Shown here one piece after another: positions 17,445-25,633 of a stretch of 45,624 nucleotides of DNA. Source of the stretch: Clostridia bacterium (GTDB taxonomy: Bacteria; Bacillota; Clostridia; Oscillospirales; CAG-272); contig JAKSPH010000003.1 of assembly GCA_024404975.1 (NCBI GenBank), positions 1 through 45,624 on the forward strand. The letters are read 5' to 3'. The translations under genes and the position numbers were made by a program. Below the pieces are notes generated by a model. It was not told the origin of the DNA, searched no databases, and saw only the letters and a list, made by a program, of their open reading frames with translations. Each line of letters starts with the position of its first letter. Within the stretch, counting starts at the first letter, position 1.

Positions 17445-19754
17445 TCAGAAGTGTTCTTCTTCGCGCATCTTGTCCGCCTCGGCGGTCATGGACTGGATCT
17501 GCACGAGTTTGTAGTATTTGCCTTTGAGTGCCATCAGTTCTTCGGGCGAACCGTTTTCGATGATCTTACCGTTGTCGACAACGATAATGCGGTTTGCCTT
17601 ACGGAGCGTGGAAAGACGGTGCGCGATCATCAGCGTGGTCTTGCCCGCGATCAGACGGTCGATCGCTTCCTGGATCAGATGCTCGGTTTCGGAGTCGACG
17701 GCTGCGGTCGCTTCGTCGAAGATCAGAATGGAGGGGTTCATCAGCACGGCGCGGGCAATGGAAAGACGCTGCTTTTCACCGCCGGAAACGCCGACACCGC
17801 GCTCACCGAGCCACGTGTCGTAGGCATCGGGCTGACGGGCGATGAAGCCGTGGGCGTTTGCGATATCCGCCGCGTGGATGACGTCCTCGACGGAGGCATC
17901 CGGATTGGAGTACGCAATGTTGTTGAAAATGGTATCGGAGAACATCATCGGTTCCTGCTGAACGTAACCGATCTGTCCGCGGTATGCCGCGAGGTCGAAG
18001 TTCTTGATATTGTGTCCGTCGACGAGGATCTCTCCGGAATATCCGTCGTAGAATCTCATCAGAAGGTTGATCAGCGTGGATTTACCGGAACCGGTCGTAC
18101 CGACGATACCGACGACTTCACCGGGATTGATGGTGATCGTTACGTCGTCAAGCACTTTCTTGGTGCGGTCGAAGGAGAAACCGACGTGGAGGAATTCCAC
18201 TTTGCCCTTGAGTTTTTCGGGGACAACGTACTCTTCGGATTGCGTTTCCGGCTCGGCTTCCAGAATATCGAGGATCTTCTCGGTGGAGGCGAGGGCGGAC
18301 TGATAGGAATCGGAGAGGTTGGCGAAGAAGCTGACGGGGTTATAGAACATATTCGCGTAGGAGATGAAGGTGATGATGGTGCCGGCGGAGTATCCTGCCG
18401 CACCGCTGATCACCTTGGAACCGCCGAAGCCCCAGATGATGAGGGATCCGCAGGTGATGAAGAAGGAAACGAACTGCGGGAACGCGGTTGCGAGTTTACC
18501 GATGCGAAGATCCATATCCAGCCAATCTTTGTTCTTCTGTTCGAACTTATCGGTGGAACGCTGTTCTCCGGTGAAGGATTTGATGACTTTGATACAGGGG
18601 ATGGTGTCGGCGAGGGTCGCGAACACACTCGACCATCTGCGCCAGATACGGCGGTAGAACGGACGGATCTTCAGAGAGAAGAATCTCGTCAGCAGAACGA
18701 TGATCGGCACGGGGATCAGAGAGAGCGCGGTAAGCCCGGGGTTCTTCGCCAGCATGATGACGACAAGACCGACGAGCTGGAACAAATGGACGACCGCTTC
18801 CTGCGTGATACGGAGCATGAACGCCTGAAGTGTTCCGGAGTCCGATGCGATACGGTTGATGACCGAACCCGTGGAAGTCTTATCGTAGAACTTCATGGGC
18901 AGGTACTGTGCTTTGCGGTAAATGTCAAGACGGAGGGCGGCGACGGCTTTATCACCGACGGTACGCATGAGGTAGGCGCGGATCGTACCGATACCGTATT
19001 GGAGAATGTACGTTCCGAGCAGGAGCAGGATCATCGCCGTCAGCAGTTTGGACTGTTGCGTTGCGCCGATGCGGTCACGCACCCAGTTCAGCACGACGTT
19101 GGTGGATTCCTTGCCGTTGAATACGGAGTCCACGATGAAACCGGTGATGGCGGGGGGGACAAGTGCCATTGCCGTCGTGAACAGCGAGAGGAAGATACAG
19201 AGGATGACGCGCTTCATCTGCGGGCGGAGATAGGTGTAAAGTTTCTTTACGATCTTCTTCTTGGAGCGGCACATGATACATTCCGCACCGGGGTGGAGAA
19301 GCGTTCTGCCGCACTTGGGGCAGACGGAGAGCGCGCGTTCGAAAGTGACCGCCATAATGGCGTTTTCTTCATTGAGGGGAGCGCCGTTGTTCAAATGGGA
19401 GATAAAGAGCGCGGATGCGTCGCACAGAGAGGCGATGGCGTAGGTGTAACGGAAGTACACTTCACGCTTACCGTCCGGCATCACGGCGGAGAGTGTCGCG
19501 TTGCCGTACATACGTTTGGCTTCCACCTCTTTCATATCTTTGAAGAGGTACTTTTTGTATTCTCCCGGAGTAGCGTCGTAGCAATACACCGATTCCGGCG
19601 TAAAGAAAAGAGCGGTCTCGGAATATCTGCCGTTCAGTTTCAAATCACCTACTATGGCAAACAGTACGTTTTCACCGCTCTCGGAAATTTTGTCGAGAAT
19701 AAAGAGGGAACCTTCGGGGAGTGCTTTGTTTTTCAAAATCATCTGCGTATCCAT
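17445..19754 (-). CDS. ABC exporter (fused TMD + ATPase) with N-terminal extension and C4 zinc ribbon
   Basis: Walker A GTTGSGKS, signature VSGGEKQR, Walker B LIFDEATA, H-loop IAHRLST; multiple TM segments; CPKC-x10-CIMC before the TMD. Confidence 0.93.
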   Translation of the reverse strand: MDTQMILKNKALPEGSLFILDKISESGENVLFAIVGDLKLNGRYSETALFFTPESVYCYDATPGEYKKYLFKDMKEVEAKRMYGNATLSAVMPDGKREVYFRYTYAIASLCDASALFISHLNNGAPLNEENAIMAVTFERALSVCPKCGRTLLHPGAECIMCRSKKKIVKKLYTYLRPQMKRVILCIFLSLFTTAMALVPPAITGFIVDSVFNGKESTNVVLNWVRDRIGATQQSKLLTAMILLLLGTYILQYGIGTIRAYLMRTVGDKAVAALRLDIYRKAQYLPMKFYDKTSTGSVINRIASDSGTLQAFMLRITQEAVVHLFQLVGLVVIMLAKNPGLTALSLIPVPIIVLLTRFFSLKIRPFYRRIWRRWSSVFATLADTIPCIKVIKSFTGEQRSTDKFEQKNKDWLDMDLRIGKLATAFPQFVSFFITCGSLIIWGFGGSKVISGAAGYSAGTIITFISYANMFYNPVSFFANLSDSYQSALASTEKILDILEAEPETQSEEYVVPEKLKGKVEFLHVGFSFDRTKKVLDDVTITINPGEVVGIVGTTGSGKSTLINLLMRFYDGYSGEILVDGHNIKNFDLAAYRGQIGYVQQEPMMFSDTIFNNIAYSNPDASVEDVIHAADIANAHGFIARQPDAYDTWLGERGVGVSGGEKQRLSIARAVLMNPSILIFDEATAAVDSETEHLIQEAIDRLIAGKTTLMIAHRLSTLRKANRIIVVDNGKIIENGSPEELMALKGKYYKLVQIQSMTAEADKMREEEHF

Positions 19755-19819
19755 GAAATATTACCGCCTTTTCCTTTTTCGCGCAGGGCGCGCGCATACC
19801 CGACCTTAATTATGATAAT

Positions 19820-19873
19820 ACCATCGGTTGATGGTCTAAAAAGCATTGTATCGCAAACGTCCGGAATTGTCAA
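19820..19873 (-). promoter_or_regulatory. sigmaA promoter of the ABC-DUF1854-GH39 unit with a downstream palindromic operator
   Basis: TTGACA (19873-19868)-17 nt-TACAAT (19850-19845); ACCATC-GGTT-GATGGT palindrome at 19820..19835 just after the predicted start site. Confidence 0.65.
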
Positions 19874-20232
19874 CCTTTTTCCCGAAAAAGGGGGAAAAAC
19901 TTTTGAATTAGTTCACTTCAGTGCAAAAGCGGAGAGAATCGGACAAACCCGAGGAAAAAGGGAAACGGCGATTTTCCTTTTTCCTTTGGCAGTGCGGCAT
20001 TTCCGCTTCCGGAATTTCCGCGGAAGTTTTCTTATGTAATTATTCAAGACGGATTCTCCTTATAAAACACGCGCCCGATAAAAACCGTAAAGGTTCTTAT
20101 CGGGCGCGTTTCTTCGAGGGGAGTGTTTTGCAACGTCCCTGCAAGGAAAGAGTCGAAAAGAAGGTTACCTCGGATTCTTCAAAGGCGGTACGCAAGCGAA
20201 ACCGACGGATCTCTGTTTTTTTCTCAAACCCC

Positions 20233-20261
20233 TTGACAAACCGTTCTTTCCTTTGTATAAT
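20233..20261 (+). promoter_or_regulatory. sigmaA promoter of the alaS leader
   Basis: Perfect TTGACA-17 nt-TATAAT. Confidence 0.85.
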
Positions 20262-20267
20262 AAACAG

Positions 20268-20540
20268 GTACGACGAAGAAGGGAAGGAGTAGCCCCTCCG
20301 ACACACCGAAGAGAGGAAACGGCGGTGAGAAGTTTCCGTGTGCAAAAGGCGAAGCAGTCCCTGAGTCCCGGGAGGAAAGCGCGAGCGAGTAAACCCCGGC
20401 GGATGCCTCCGTTACAGGGCGTGAGTCGGTTTTCGACTTTCCGAGGGATCTTTCGCGTGAGCGGGATCCGAACTTCGGTGGTAACACGAATTATTCGTCC
20501 GGAGCATAGCGTGTTTTTACGCTATGTTCCTTTTTTATTT
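20268..20540 (+). ncRNA. T-box riboswitch (Ala specifier)
   Basis: AGTAG, AGAGA and GGTGAGA stem-I motifs; GAA-GCA specifier (GCA = Ala, 20354..20356); T-box AACTTCGGTGGTAACACG; terminator CATAGCGT...ACGCTATG followed by a U tract; upstream of alaS. Confidence 0.9.
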
Positions 20541-20585
20541 GCGTATTTATTAAACATTTTCAATATATTTCGGAGGAAAACATCC

Positions 20586-23207
20586 ATGAAATGGACATCT
20601 CTCAACGATCTGCGTGAAAAGTACCTCTCCTTCTTCGAGAGTAAAGGCCATCTTCGCCTTCCCAGTTTCTCGCTGATCCCCAACAACGACAAATCCCTGC
20701 TTCTCATCAACTCCGGTATGGCGCCCATGAAGAAATTCTTTACGGGCGAGGAAGAACCGCCGAGAAGACGCGTCTGCACCTGTCAGAAGTGCATCCGTAC
20801 GCCCGACCTTGAGCGTGTCGGACACACCGCGCGCCACGGCACGTACTTCGAAATGCTCGGCAACTTCTCCTTCGGCGATTACTTCAAAAAAGAGGCGATT
20901 CCGTGGGCTTGGGAATTTCTGAACGGCGTTCTTGAAATTCCGAAAGACCTGCTTTGGCCCTCCGTCTACAAAGACGACGACGAGGCATACGCCATCTGGC
21001 GCGACGTGATCGGAATTTCCGAAGATCACATCGTAAGACTCGGCAAAGAGGATAACTTCTGGGAACACGGTTCCGGTCCCTGCGGCCCCTGCTCCGAGAT
21101 CTACTTCGACCGCGGAGAAAAATACGGCTGCGGTTCTCCCGACTGCAAACCCGGATGCGACTGCGACAGATTCATGGAGATCTGGAACAACGTATTCTCC
21201 CAGTTCAACAACGACGGAAACGGCAACTACACCGAACTCGTTCAGAAGAACATTGATACCGGTATGGGACTTGAGCGTCTTGCCTGTGTCATGCAGGGCG
21301 TCGACAACCTCTTTGAAGTCGATACCGTGCGCCGCATCCTCGACACTGTTTGCGCCATCGCCGGAAAGAAATACGGCGAAGACCGGAACGACGATATTTC
21401 CATCCGTGTCATCACCGACCACATCCGTTCCTCGACCTTCATGATCTCCGACGGCGTTATCCCCTCCAACGAGGGCAGAGGCTACGTCCTCCGCCGTATT
21501 CTCCGCCGCGCCTGCCGCCACGGAAAACTCCTCGGCATCGACCGCAAGTTCCTCACCGAACTCTGTGAGATCGTCATCAGTCAGAACGAGAACGCTTATC
21601 CCGAACTCAAGACCAAGAAAGATTACATCCTCAACGTCATCGCGCTCGAAGAAGAAAGATTCGATCAGACGATCGACTCCGGTCTTTCCATCCTCTCCGC
21701 CGTGATGGAGAACGAGGCGAAGAAGAATTCCGCCGTCATCAGCGGTGCGGATGCCTTCAAACTTTACGACACCTACGGTTTCCCCGTTGACCTCACCCGC
21801 GAGATCGCAGAGGAAAAGGGCTTCACCATCGACGAGGATAAGTTCCGCGAACTGATGGAAGAGCAGAGAACCCGCGCGAGAGCCGCAAGAGGTAACATCA
21901 GCGGTTGGACCGATACCCAGAAAACTCTCCTTGCGGGACTTCCCAAGACCGAGTTCCTCGGCTACGATGCGAACGAGTGCGAGGGAAAAGTCATCGCCAT
22001 CCTCGCAGACGGCGAAGAGATCCCCGAAGTTTCCGAAGGCGAATGCTCCGTCATCACCGATAAGACCGTGTTCTACGGCGAAGGCGGCGGACAGGTCGGC
22101 GATACCGGTGTCATCACCGCCGGCGACACGAAACTCACCGTTCTCGATACCAAAAAGACCGACGGCGTTTATATCCACCTTGTCAAAGTGGAAAACGGCA
22201 CGCTGAATAAAGGTCAGACCGTAACTCTTTCGATCGACGCCGTCCGCCGTGCCGCCATCCGCAGAAACCACACCGCAGCCCACCTCCTTCAGGCGGCGCT
22301 CCGTTCCGTCCTCGGCGCTCACGTCGAGCAGGCAGGTTCCTACGTCGATGAAAAAGAAGTCCGTTTCGACTTCTCGCACTTCAAAGCCATGACCGCGGAC
22401 GAGATCGCCGAAGTCGAAGCGATCGTTAACGAGCATATTCTCGCCGCAGAGGAATGTTCCACCACCGTTACCGATATCGAATCCGCACGCAAGATGGGTG
22501 CTATGGCACTCTTCGGTGAAAAGTACGGCGAAAAAGTCCGCGTCGTCAAAGCCGGCGTTTCCTCTCTCGAATTCTGCGGCGGTACTCACGTTTCCAACAC
22601 CGGAAACATCGGTCTGTTCAAGATCGTTTCCGAATCTTCCGTTGCCGCAGGTGTCAGAAGAATTCAGGGTACGACCGGTCTCGGTGTCCTCGCTCTGATG
22701 AACGAGAAATCCGATCTGATCGCCGAAGTCGCAAAGGAACTCAAAACCGGTAACGTCCGTGACGTTGCGAAACGTGCCGTTGCCGTTCAGGACGAGATCC
22801 GCGAACTCAAACGCGAACTCGACAGCGCAAATGCCAAGATCTCCGAAATGCAGATGGCATCCCTCCTCTCCTCCGCGAAAACCGTCGGAAAGTTCAAAGT
22901 CCTTACCGCGAAACTGAACGTGAAACCCGATGCCGCAAGAAATCTCTGCGACACCGTGAAAGCATCTCAACCCGACACCGTCGCCGTATTCGCGGCAGTA
23001 TCGGACGGCAAACTCAACTTTGTCGCGGCAGCCGGTCCCGAAGCAGTCAAGATGGGCGCACACGCAGGAAAGATCCTCGGTGAAGTCAGCGCGATCTGCG
23101 GCGGAAAAGGCGGCGGCCGTCCCGACAGTGCTATGAGCGGCGGTCGTGATCTTGACAAGATCGAAGAAGCGCTTGCCAAGGTCGAATCCATCCTCGCTTC
23201 TCTCTGA
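20586..23207 (+). CDS. alaS: Alanine--tRNA ligase
   Basis: 'NSGMAPMK', 'CQKCIRT', 'FEMLGNFSFGDYFK', 'GPCGPCSE', 'DTGMGLER', editing 'HTAAHLL...EFCGGTH', C-terminal 'GGKGGG'; GGAGG RBS before ATG 20586. Confidence 0.99.
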   Translation: MKWTSLNDLREKYLSFFESKGHLRLPSFSLIPNNDKSLLLINSGMAPMKKFFTGEEEPPRRRVCTCQKCIRTPDLERVGHTARHGTYFEMLGNFSFGDYFKKEAIPWAWEFLNGVLEIPKDLLWPSVYKDDDEAYAIWRDVIGISEDHIVRLGKEDNFWEHGSGPCGPCSEIYFDRGEKYGCGSPDCKPGCDCDRFMEIWNNVFSQFNNDGNGNYTELVQKNIDTGMGLERLACVMQGVDNLFEVDTVRRILDTVCAIAGKKYGEDRNDDISIRVITDHIRSSTFMISDGVIPSNEGRGYVLRRILRRACRHGKLLGIDRKFLTELCEIVISQNENAYPELKTKKDYILNVIALEEERFDQTIDSGLSILSAVMENEAKKNSAVISGADAFKLYDTYGFPVDLTREIAEEKGFTIDEDKFRELMEEQRTRARAARGNISGWTDTQKTLLAGLPKTEFLGYDANECEGKVIAILADGEEIPEVSEGECSVITDKTVFYGEGGGQVGDTGVITAGDTKLTVLDTKKTDGVYIHLVKVENGTLNKGQTVTLSIDAVRRAAIRRNHTAAHLLQAALRSVLGAHVEQAGSYVDEKEVRFDFSHFKAMTADEIAEVEAIVNEHILAAEECSTTVTDIESARKMGAMALFGEKYGEKVRVVKAGVSSLEFCGGTHVSNTGNIGLFKIVSESSVAAGVRRIQGTTGLGVLALMNEKSDLIAEVAKELKTGNVRDVAKRAVAVQDEIRELKRELDSANAKISEMQMASLLSSAKTVGKFKVLTAKLNVKPDAARNLCDTVKASQPDTVAVFAAVSDGKLNFVAAAGPEAVKMGAHAGKILGEVSAICGGKGGGRPDSAMSGGRDLDKIEEALAKVESILASL

Positions 23208-23218
23208 TCAAAGGATAA

Positions 23219-24613
23219 ATGACAACAAAGGTCGGTAACATTAAAGATTCCGAGCGGCCGCTCGCCGTTCAGATACTTCTCTTTGTACTTCCTGTCATCG
23301 CAACGAGCGTACTTCATTCCTTATTCAACACCGCCGATACCTACATGGTGGGAAACTTCGGCGGTGCCACGGAGGAAGAGTGTCAGACGGCGCTTGCCGC
23401 GGTCGGCTCCTGTTCTTCGCTCATCAATTTGTTGGTCAATTTCTTTATGACGCTTTCCCTCGGTGCAGGCGTTACGGTAGCGCAGAGTTACGGTGCGAAA
23501 AACTATGACGTGATGCGCCGTGCCGTACCTACCGCGGTCATCATCGGCGGTATCTTCGGCGTTGTCGTCATGGTCACCGGCGAACTGTTCGCCGAGCCTC
23601 TCCTCGTCCTGATGGGAACGACACCGAGCGCACTGCCGCAAGCCGTCCTGTATATGAAAGCGTATTTCCTCGGCATCCCTGCTTCGCTGATCTATAACTA
23701 CGCGGCGGCTTGCCTGCGTTCCACGGGCGATACGACGCATCCTCTGGTCTTTCTCACGACGGGCGGCGTCTGCAACGTCATCTTCAATTTCATCACCGTT
23801 GTGGGCTTCGGAATGGGCGCTCTCGGTGTCGGTCTTGCCACCGCCGTGAGCCAGGTCGTTTCCTGTATTCTCGTTCTGATCCACCTCTTCCGCGGAAAGG
23901 GCATGTGCAAACTTGCGATCAAAGAGTTGAAGATCGACTTCCCCGTGCTGAAAAAAATGCTGATCATCGGCATCCCCGCCGGCATTCAATCCGTCCTCTT
24001 CTCCATTTCGAACGTGATGATCCAGGCATCGGTCAACTCCTTCGGTTCCGAAGCCGTCGTTGCGGGAAACACCTCGGCGGGTACCGTCGGCGATTACGTC
24101 TACGTCATTCAGAACGGATTCTATCAGGGCGCCTTGACCTTCACCGGTCAGTTCTTCGGCGCGCGCCGTCCCGATAAGATCAAAAAAGCCACCTTGTGGT
24201 GTCTGTTCTACGTTACGGCATTCGGTCTGTTCTTCGGAACGCTCGCCAACGTATTTGCTGTCCCGCTTCTCTCGATCTTCCTGAAAGACAGTGCCGCCAT
24301 CGAAGTCGGTGTGATCCGTCTGCTCTGGATCGTACAGCCGTATTTCCTCTGCGGTGTCATGGAAGTCGGAAGCGGCGTTCTGCGCGGTCCCGGAAAGTCC
24401 ACTCTCTCCATGATCATCGCCTTGCTCGGTTCGTGTGCGTTCCGTATCCTTTGGATCACGTTGGTGTTCTCGCAGCATCACACGCTTCCGTGGCTCTACG
24501 TGTCCTACGCCATCTCATGGATCGTTACCTCGATCGTCTACTACATCTTCGCCTTTGTCAATGTGAACAAGTATCAAAAGCGCTTTGCCGCCGAAGATGC
24601 AATGGCACGGTAA
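23219..24613 (+). CDS. MATE family efflux transporter
   Basis: 'LFNTADTYMVG', 'ALAAVG', 'LRSTGDTTHPL', about 12 hydrophobic segments in two repeats. Confidence 0.93.
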   Translation: MTTKVGNIKDSERPLAVQILLFVLPVIATSVLHSLFNTADTYMVGNFGGATEEECQTALAAVGSCSSLINLLVNFFMTLSLGAGVTVAQSYGAKNYDVMRRAVPTAVIIGGIFGVVVMVTGELFAEPLLVLMGTTPSALPQAVLYMKAYFLGIPASLIYNYAAACLRSTGDTTHPLVFLTTGGVCNVIFNFITVVGFGMGALGVGLATAVSQVVSCILVLIHLFRGKGMCKLAIKELKIDFPVLKKMLIIGIPAGIQSVLFSISNVMIQASVNSFGSEAVVAGNTSAGTVGDYVYVIQNGFYQGALTFTGQFFGARRPDKIKKATLWCLFYVTAFGLFFGTLANVFAVPLLSIFLKDSAAIEVGVIRLLWIVQPYFLCGVMEVGSGVLRGPGKSTLSMIIALLGSCAFRILWITLVFSQHHTLPWLYVSYAISWIVTSIVYYIFAFVNVNKYQKRFAAEDAMAR

Positions 24614-24651
24614 GGAAAGCCTCCGCCGTTACGGACGGTTTCACAGGAATT

Positions 24652-24688
24652 AAAAAACGACGGGAACGTTTGGTTCCCGCCGTTTTTG
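24652..24688. terminator. Bidirectional terminator between MATE and vWA genes
   Basis: AAAAAACGACGGGAAC-GTTTG-GTTCCCGCCGTTTTT near-perfect hairpin. Confidence 0.75.
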
Positions 24689-24745
24689 CTTTTTGTTTCG
24701 TAAAATGCGTGTATATGTAAACAATAATTTGCAGATTGGTGTCGT

Positions 24746-25333
24746 TTATCTGCCGGTTTTACGGATGCTGCAGAGCTGATCGCTCACCTGCTCAAACATC
24801 TGGAACATCTCCGCTTTCTCAAAGGAAATGCAGTTGCCGAGCGGGATGCCCATTTTTCTGCCATCCTCTGACGCGTCGATGTCCGCGGCGGTAAAGATAA
24901 ACTGCCAGCCTTTTTCCGAAGTCTGCGTTTGGATCAGTTTTCGTATGTCCTCTTTATCGAAACTGCGGCTTGAGTTCTCGTAGCCGTCCGTGGAGATCAC
25001 GAACACGGTGTGTTCGGGGACGTCCTCTTCCCGCACGTACTTCTGAATTTCGAAAATGCGCTCCGCTTGGGTTCCAACGGCGTCAAACAGAGCCGTCCCG
25101 CCGCCGACTTCGTATTCTTCTACCGTCAACGGCTTCACGTCCCCGATCTTTGCGCGGTCGATCAGAATCCGGCTCTCGGTGGAGAACAGCACCGCCGTGA
25201 CAAGGCACTCGCCCTCCTCTTTCTTCTGCTTTGCGATCATGGTGTTGAACCCGCCGACGACGTCGCTCTCGCTCCCCGCCATCGACCCGCTCCGATCGAG
25301 AATAAATACAAGTTCCGTGAGATCTTTTTTCAT
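24746..25333 (-). CDS. Stand-alone von Willebrand factor A (vWA) domain protein
   Basis: MIDAS 'ILDRSGSM', 'GGTALFDAVG', 'VISTDGYENSS'; AAAGGAG RBS. Confidence 0.88.
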   Translation of the reverse strand: MKKDLTELVFILDRSGSMAGSESDVVGGFNTMIAKQKKEEGECLVTAVLFSTESRILIDRAKIGDVKPLTVEEYEVGGGTALFDAVGTQAERIFEIQKYVREEDVPEHTVFVISTDGYENSSRSFDKEDIRKLIQTQTSEKGWQFIFTAADIDASEDGRKMGIPLGNCISFEKAEMFQMFEQVSDQLCSIRKTGR

Positions 25334-25457
25334 TTGATAATGCTCCTTTTCTTTTTGTTTTGAACGTCTTGAAATGCGCTCTCACTTCTATTATATCAGT
25401 TCCCCTGTACCAAAAATCGCCCACGGTAAATAAAAAATTGTTTTTCCAAAATAAAAA

Positions 25458-25552
25458 CCGCCATCGAAGTCGGTGTGATCCGTCTGCTCTGATCGTACAG
25501 CCGTATTTCCTCTGCGGTGTCATGGAAGTCGGAAGCGGCGTTCTGCGCGGTC
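25458..25552 (+). repeat. 95-bp non-coding duplicate of an internal MATE segment (24294..24389)
   Basis: Identical to 24294..24389 except for one deleted G (CTCTGGATC to CTCTGATC). Confidence 0.95.
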
Positions 25553-25566
25553 TCGAATCATACGTC

Positions 25567-25595
25567 TTGACAAACATAAAAGATTTTATTATAAT
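25567..25595 (+). promoter_or_regulatory. sigmaA promoter of the helicase-nuclease gene
   Basis: Perfect TTGACA-17 nt-TATAAT; GGGAGG RBS at 25621. Confidence 0.85.
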
Positions 25596-25633
25596 ATACA
25601 TTAAAGATTAGTATAATATCGGGAGGGACATTT

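Noticed and set aside
20253-20585. 111-aa N-terminal extension of alaS in the ORF track
   Set aside because: The region is the promoter and T-box leader; the real start is ATG 20586 with a GGAGG RBS.
15457-23063. Very long antisense ORFs (e.g. 15457..17514 +, 17451..20039 +, 20550..23063 -; also 28462..30411 +, 9233..10930 -)
   Set aside because: They mirror well-identified genes on the opposite strand and have no recognisable motifs. They are the expected shadow of strong codon bias.
25083-25611. ORFs 25360..25611 (+) and 25083..25601 (-) with MATE-like residues
   Set aside because: The similarity comes only from the 95-bp duplicated fragment; there is no RBS and both ORFs overlap promoters.
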